Positions 27,618-32,000 of a DNA stretch of 32,000 bases are shown piece by piece. The DNA lies in contig JAEOSH010000007.1 of the NCBI GenBank assembly GCA_016840465.1, positions 30,202-62,201 of the forward strand, in the 5' to 3' direction. Each line of letters begins with the position of its first letter. The stretch's first letter is position 1. The notes beneath the pieces are model-generated. The model did not search any database. It saw only the letters and a program-made list of their open reading frames with translations, and was not told the origin of the DNA. The stretch is from Candidatus Baldrarchaeum yapensis. Its GTDB lineage: Archaea > Asgardarchaeota > Baldrarchaeia > Baldrarchaeales > Baldrarchaeaceae. The position numbers and the translations under genes were made by a program.

Positions 27618-28673
27618 ATGCAAAATAAAATGCTGAATGTGAAGTTGTTGATCGCAGGGTTCGACGCCATGAATAAGCACTTTATCGAGACTCTCATAAA
27701 GAAATATGAAGTTCTGCAGAAAAATTTTAAAATACGCCCTGTAATTGTCGCAATCATAGATCCAGCTCTCGGATGCATATATGACGGAAAAGGGTTTCCT
27801 CTTCATGAAGTGCTCTGTATATACCAAGGTGAAAACGTGCTCCTCGGCACTAGAAAAATATGCACGCCCTCAGGAGCCCTAGATCTAATAAGAACTCTCG
27901 ATTATGACATCATGGTCGAAATGGGCGCAGTCAACATGGAGACCGGAGAACCATCGCTATCATACATTAAAGAGGCAATAAAGAGTGGGCACCATGTGGT
28001 TACTTCCAATAAAGGCCCCATATTGGTTGCATACCGCATGCTATCTGAACTTGCAGAAAAACATGGAGTCGCTCTGAAATTTGAGTCCTCGGTCATGGAC
28101 GGAATTCCGATAATACGCTTAATAAAGGAAGGTCTTGCAGGCGATAATATTAGAAGAATAGACGGCATATTTGATGCAGGAGTGAATTATGTGCTATCTA
28201 AGATGGAAAATGGAGAATCTTTCGACGATGCTGTCTTTGAAGCCCGCCAGATGGGATTTCTGGAAGCGGATCCATACGTGAACCTAGATGGGTGGGACTC
28301 GGCAATAAAGGCGGTAATATTAGCAAATGTATTAATGAACGCTGATATGAGGCTCAGAGATGTCGAGAGGGAAGGAATATCTTGCCTGACTCGCGATGAC
28401 ATGAGGTGGATTATGCGCAACGGTAGGAGGATAAGGTTGATAACTCGAATATGGAGAGAGAACGGAAAAGTACGCGCTTCCGTAAAACCAGAACTCTTGG
28501 AGTTCTCTGAAGAGTTCGCGTATGTGACAGGATATAGAATCTCGGTCTCGTTCACGCTGGAGGCTGCAGGAAAGATTGTAGTTATGGGAAGTGGTATGAG
28601 TAGTATGAGGATCGCGCAAGCCATTCTTTCAGATGTGATATCAATTTGTATGAAAATGAGGAATCGGGAATAA
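27618..28673 (+). CDS. hom: Homoserine dehydrogenase-like protein with a degenerate Rossmann loop
   Basis: HHVVTSNKGP, FESSVMDGIP and GFLEADP...DGWDSAIKAVILAN. The glycine-rich motif is altered. Alternative start is 27591. Confidence 0.75.
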   Translation: MQNKMLNVKLLIAGFDAMNKHFIETLIKKYEVLQKNFKIRPVIVAIIDPALGCIYDGKGFPLHEVLCIYQGENVLLGTRKICTPSGALDLIRTLDYDIMVEMGAVNMETGEPSLSYIKEAIKSGHHVVTSNKGPILVAYRMLSELAEKHGVALKFESSVMDGIPIIRLIKEGLAGDNIRRIDGIFDAGVNYVLSKMENGESFDDAVFEARQMGFLEADPYVNLDGWDSAIKAVILANVLMNADMRLRDVEREGISCLTRDDMRWIMRNGRRIRLITRIWRENGKVRASVKPELLEFSEEFAYVTGYRISVSFTLEAAGKIVVMGSGMSSMRIAQAILSDVISICMKMRNRE

Positions 28674-28756
28674 ATGAAAACAGATGACCCTAAATGTCTC
28701 GACACGAGGAGAATCTGACAATAAATACAAAATCCTGTATGGCAAATAAAAGCAAG

Positions 28757-28930
28757 TTATTCCTCTTCTTCCTCCCATTCCTCTTCCTCTTCTTCTTCCC
28801 ACTCCTCCTCTTCTTCCCACTCCTCTTCTTCTGGCCATTCTTCCTCTTCTTCCTCCCATTCCTCCTCAGGCCACTCTTCTTCCTCTTCCCACTCCTCTTC
28901 CTCCCATTCCTCGTTATCAAATCCGCTCAT
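28757..28930 (-). CDS. 57-aa acidic Glu/Trp repeat peptide
   Basis: GAGGTGG SD, then ATG AGC GGA TTT GAT AAC followed by (E)nW repeats to TAA. Mixed GAA/GAG codons stay in frame. Confidence 0.7.
   Translation of the reverse strand: MSGFDNEEWEEEEWEEEEEWPEEEWEEEEEEWPEEEEWEEEEEWEEEEEEEWEEEEE
28760..28912 (-). repeat. Purine-rich imperfect repeat encoding E(2-7)W(P) units
   Basis: Eight TGG codons spaced by runs of GAA/GAG. Confidence 0.9.
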
Positions 28931-29138
28931 ACTTTCCACCTCTTTCTCAACAACGATCTCTCGACATCTAAATGTGTACCAAATTTTTATCACAGATGAT
29001 GTTTAAAAAGTTAGTGAAGGAATAGACGTTCCTATGGTGCTGAATCTGAAGCTTTCACGATAGGAGAGGATTTGAATATTGTCAAGAAATGCTCTTCCGT
29101 CATGGTGTAACTCTAAACTTGGTCGGAGGTGTTATTAG

Positions 29139-29759
29139 GTGACGCTTTCTATCATTGCGATCGACCGCAAAGCAGGCCTAATGGGAGTCGGTGTCGTGAC
29201 GGGCTCCATAGCAGTAGGCTCACGGGTTCCATGGTCGGTAGCGGGAATAGGAGTAGTGGCGACACAGGCATACACGAATGTCTCCTATGGTTGCAAAGGA
29301 TTACTATTGCTGAAGCGTGGTCTTCGTCCAAAAGACGTTCTTAGCATATTGCTACAGGAGGACCCCGGGCGTGAGTATAGACAGGTATGTATAATGAACT
29401 CTGAGGGAGAATTTGCTGTATTTACGGGTAAGCATTGTCCTCAAAGTTATGGCGAGTATCTGGGGAAGGATTTTTGTGTTATTGGGAACCTATTAGTAGG
29501 AACGGATGTTATAGAGGCAACAGCGAGCGCATTTGAGAAAACAAAATCTAACATTCTCCCAGTTAGGATATTAAAAGCACTGGAAGCGGGGGTTTGTGCT
29601 GGTGGAGATAAGCGTGGTCATAGGTCGGCCGCATTAATAATTAGCGAGACGATGCCTTCAGATATTCCATGGCTCATAAATCTGAGGGTCGACTTAAGCG
29701 AGAATCCGATAAATGAACTTTTTAAAATATACGAGATGTACCGTGCGTCTCTGGGTTAA
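29139..29759 (+). CDS. DUF1028 family protein (Ntn-hydrolase-like)
   Basis: MTLSIIA...VGSRVPW...VATQA, D..REYRQ, GNLL, and AG..AGGDKRG.RSAAL. Confidence 0.9.
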   Translation: MTLSIIAIDRKAGLMGVGVVTGSIAVGSRVPWSVAGIGVVATQAYTNVSYGCKGLLLLKRGLRPKDVLSILLQEDPGREYRQVCIMNSEGEFAVFTGKHCPQSYGEYLGKDFCVIGNLLVGTDVIEATASAFEKTKSNILPVRILKALEAGVCAGGDKRGHRSAALIISETMPSDIPWLINLRVDLSENPINELFKIYEMYRASLG

Positions 29760-29781
29760 TAAAAAATTAAGAGGATGTTAT

Positions 29782-30474
29782 CTACGGTCCCATGACCTCT
29801 TCCGGCTCCACTTCTATTATTCCAAGCAACTTGCCCATCAATTGATCAACTTTCTTCACGTGAGGCACCATCTCGAGCGTAATTGCCTTTCTTTCCGTGG
29901 GAAAGAAGAATGTTACTTTCCCACATCCAAATATCAAGTACTCGAAAACATCGCTTATTTCAATGTGGTATCTCATGCCAGTGGTCGAAAACCTCTCCAC
30001 CTTTCCGAATAAGCCCACTCTGTGGCTTATCTGATTAGGCTCTATGATCCAATAGTTCCATCTCCTGCTCAGCCATACCAAGAAAAGTATGAATAGCGTT
30101 CCTATTCCTATTGCCAAGAACGCCTCCGGAGAGAACGTTAAATTTAGTCCAAGCAGGGCTTTACCTATAGCTCCTGCTGTTACTGGCATGTAAGGTGAGA
30201 ACACTATATATAGCAGGACGATTATGACGATCAAAAATATTAGCGCCAATGTTTTCATTTCATCGAACTCAAACGCCATCACGAGCACGTTAAACAGGAA
30301 TAACGCGATGAAAGCGAGCCCTAAGGTCGTCGCGAGTGTTGGCACGAACCACTCCACGATTCCGAAGATTACTGCCATTACCGCTGATGGAATTATCGCT
30401 ATTACCTTAGGGTACGATCTTATGATTATCTTTTCCAACTCTCCCTGCTCTCTTTTTGTCTCAGTAGAACTCAT
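29782..30474 (-). CDS. Membrane protein (about 4 TM segments) with a beta-rich, possibly PH-like C-terminal domain
   Basis: SYPK at the N-terminus, hydrophobic helices, then NYWIIEPNQISHRVG...DVFEYLIFGCGKVTF. Confidence 0.7.
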   Translation of the reverse strand: MSSTETKREQGELEKIIIRSYPKVIAIIPSAVMAVIFGIVEWFVPTLATTLGLAFIALFLFNVLVMAFEFDEMKTLALIFLIVIIVLLYIVFSPYMPVTAGAIGKALLGLNLTFSPEAFLAIGIGTLFILFLVWLSRRWNYWIIEPNQISHRVGLFGKVERFSTTGMRYHIEISDVFEYLIFGCGKVTFFFPTERKAITLEMVPHVKKVDQLMGKLLGIIEVEPEEVMGP

Positions 30475-30599
30475 TCTATCTCCCTCAAGTATCCCTTAGC
30501 AATCAGATGTCGTGGCGAGTATAAAATTTTGTATCAAGGGAATTCTGTTCTTCCCACTTATATACTTAAACATCTGACAAAAAAAGAAATTTGCAAGGT

Positions 30600-31415
30600 T
30601 TATGCCTCTACGGTCTCGTTCTTATGGAGTCTATCAATCTTATTCAATATGAACATGAGCAATCTAGAGGACTGTGTGCGTGCACGCTTTTTCACAAGCG
30701 TTCTCCAATCTCTTTTCTCGAGTATTACAAAGTCCGCAAGAAGCCTGTCACACTGATCTCTTCGTGAGGCACTGTTAAGATGACTTATGTCTTTCCACAC
30801 CACAAGCCAGGGTTTTGAGATGTAGAAAAGATCATGCATACTCTCGATGACTCTTAAAATCTCTGACCACAAACTGTTGGCGTGGGAGGAGAGGGCGTAT
30901 GCAACCGCGTCATAGAAGTAATTGAAGTAACAGTTTGAAGAAACGCTAAAGAGGGCTTTCCTTAGGAACTTTAACTTGCCAAAGTATAGAGTGAACGTAC
31001 GCTCAACCTCTCTGATCTTACTGGTACATATTACCTCTAGTCCGGACTCCTCCACTAGTCCCCTTATCCTATTTCTCTCTTCCGCGTTCCTCATATAAGT
31101 CCTGAAGGTTGTAATGTCGTCAACCTCACCAGTGTAGTAGTACACTATCTTTTCATGTTCTCTTTTCCACACACCTCCCATTCGTATGAGTATGGGAACC
31201 TCGCTCTTTATGTTGAACTCCTTAGGTAGCAGCTCTATTAATATTGAGAACCTGAAAGCATGAGTTCCTATTTCGAAGCACATGTCAGCGCTCTCAGGGA
31301 TTACCTTCACTGGGAATTTTCCCTCAAATTCACTCACATGGATATAGTATCCCTCAAGCAAGTTCCCCTTGAGCCACGGCCTTTTTATCCTACGGCAAAA
31401 GGATCTCTGAGGCAC
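30600..31415 (-). CDS. Hypothetical protein (start may be TTG 31361)
   Basis: Long ORF filling the gap with protein-like composition. No motif recognised. Confidence 0.6.
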   Translation of the reverse strand: MPQRSFCRRIKRPWLKGNLLEGYYIHVSEFEGKFPVKVIPESADMCFEIGTHAFRFSILIELLPKEFNIKSEVPILIRMGGVWKREHEKIVYYYTGEVDDITTFRTYMRNAEERNRIRGLVEESGLEVICTSKIREVERTFTLYFGKLKFLRKALFSVSSNCYFNYFYDAVAYALSSHANSLWSEILRVIESMHDLFYISKPWLVVWKDISHLNSASRRDQCDRLLADFVILEKRDWRTLVKKRARTQSSRLLMFILNKIDRLHKNETVEA

Positions 31416-31618
31416 CTACAACCCTCTTCTTCCTTTATTGGAGAGATGACCATACCATAATATTAAGCGATCTTTCAAAATTTAATATTTGGGTGTTGCT
31501 CCTTCCTTTGCGATATGCATTTTGCCGACAATAGAAGTACCGGAATAACGGCGTAAATTGTCAAAGCCCCCTTCTTCGCAACCTCATGCTCCCTCTCACC
31601 GTTCCAATAACCGTCACA

Positions 31619-31626
31619 TTTATATA
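31619..31626 (+). promoter_or_regulatory. Putative TATA box (TTTATATA) of the thermosome gene
   Basis: TTTATATA about 65 nt upstream of ATG 31692; AGGAGGG SD at about 31678. Confidence 0.55.
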
Positions 31627-31691
31627 GAAGTGCTTATTGACTACATCACACGCTAACCTGAGGAAAGATTTCCCATCTAGGAGGGATTTCA

Positions 31692-32000
31692 ATGTACTTA
31701 AGTGGCCAACCTGTATTGATTCTTAAAGAAGGAACAAGAAGAGCAGTCGGACGCGACGCGATGCGGTCCAACATAATGGCCGCGCGCATAATTGCGGAGG
31801 CCGTCAGAACGACCCTAGGTCCGAAAGGAATGGACAAAATGTTAGTTGACAGTTTTGGTGACGTGACCATCACGAACGACGGCGCGACGATTCTGAAGGA
31901 GATAGACGTGCAGCACCCCGCTGCGAAGATGATGGTGGAGGTTGCGAAGGCGCAGGACAATGAGGTCGGCGACGGGACGACCACGGCCGTCGTCCTCGCG
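31692..32000 (+). CDS. ths: Thermosome (group II chaperonin) subunit, 3'-truncated; absent from the ORF track
   Basis: My translation: [15 protein letters not shown]...[64 protein letters not shown]. Confidence 0.97.
   Translation, partial: MYLSGQPVLILKEGTRRAVGRDAMRSNIMAARIIAEAVRTTLGPKGMDKMLVDSFGDVTITNDGATILKEIDVQHPAAKMMVEVAKAQDNEVGDGTTTAVVLA

Noticed and set aside
28641-28999. Arg/Gly-rich, Arg/Lys-rich and Phe/Leu-rich ORFs in other frames of the purine repeat
   Set aside because: Shadows of the Glu/Trp repeat. They overlap hom, and only the Glu frame has a strong SD and third-position GAA/GAG variation.
29013-29052. ATGATGT...TGAAGGA...CTGA resembling a C/D box sRNA
   Set aside because: No proper D' box, and the would-be guide is an A/T TATA-like tract between divergent genes.
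31653-31667. CTAAC-N5-GAAAG upstream of the thermosome, resembling an HSR1-type heat-shock operator
   Set aside because: The second half-site matches only 3 of 5 positions, so chance is likely.
635-31984. Numerous antisense ORFs in the track (e.g. 1610..2200, 23131..23787, 28187..28705, 31646..31984)
   Set aside because: They lie opposite well-supported genes and carry no motifs.
31800-32000. Visibly higher GC at the start of the thermosome gene
   Set aside because: Explained by codon bias in a conserved, highly expressed gene, and too short to argue for chimerism or HGT.
1-32000. CRISPR arrays, tRNA/rRNA, IS elements or integrases
   Set aside because: I saw no spaced direct repeats, cloverleaf-like sequences, terminal inverted repeats or transposase motifs by eye.

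Overview
Gene-dense archaeal chromosomal window of about 36 CDS, with GGTGA/GGAGG Shine-Dalgarno motifs and TTTA[TA]A TATA boxes. I saw no rRNA, tRNA, CRISPR array or mobile element. Housekeeping content includes Nre (partial), a DUF89 phosphatase, a ureohydrolase, a beta-CASP RNase, carBA, a LysM-like Lrp, map, methanogen-type SerRS, MEMO1, dUTPase, moaA, ADP-forming acyl-CoA synthetase alpha, adk, XPD, a homoserine-dehydrogenase-like protein, DUF1028 and a thermosome subunit (partial). The most notable locus is 10.1-11.7 kb: an Arf/Sar-like small GTPase abutting a small longin/uDENN-like protein that ends in ten Arg, with a stand-alone Roadblock/LC7 gene 0.4 kb away. This combination suggests an Asgard or related archaeon, which is inference. 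Other notable items are a thiolase + DUF35 + HMG-CoA-synthase-like trio whose HMGCS has lost its catalytic residues, a 57-aa Glu/Trp polyanionic peptide, several enzymes with altered catalytic motifs, and a possible CTG start for carA. All protein assignments come from motif recognition by eye; no database searches were run.
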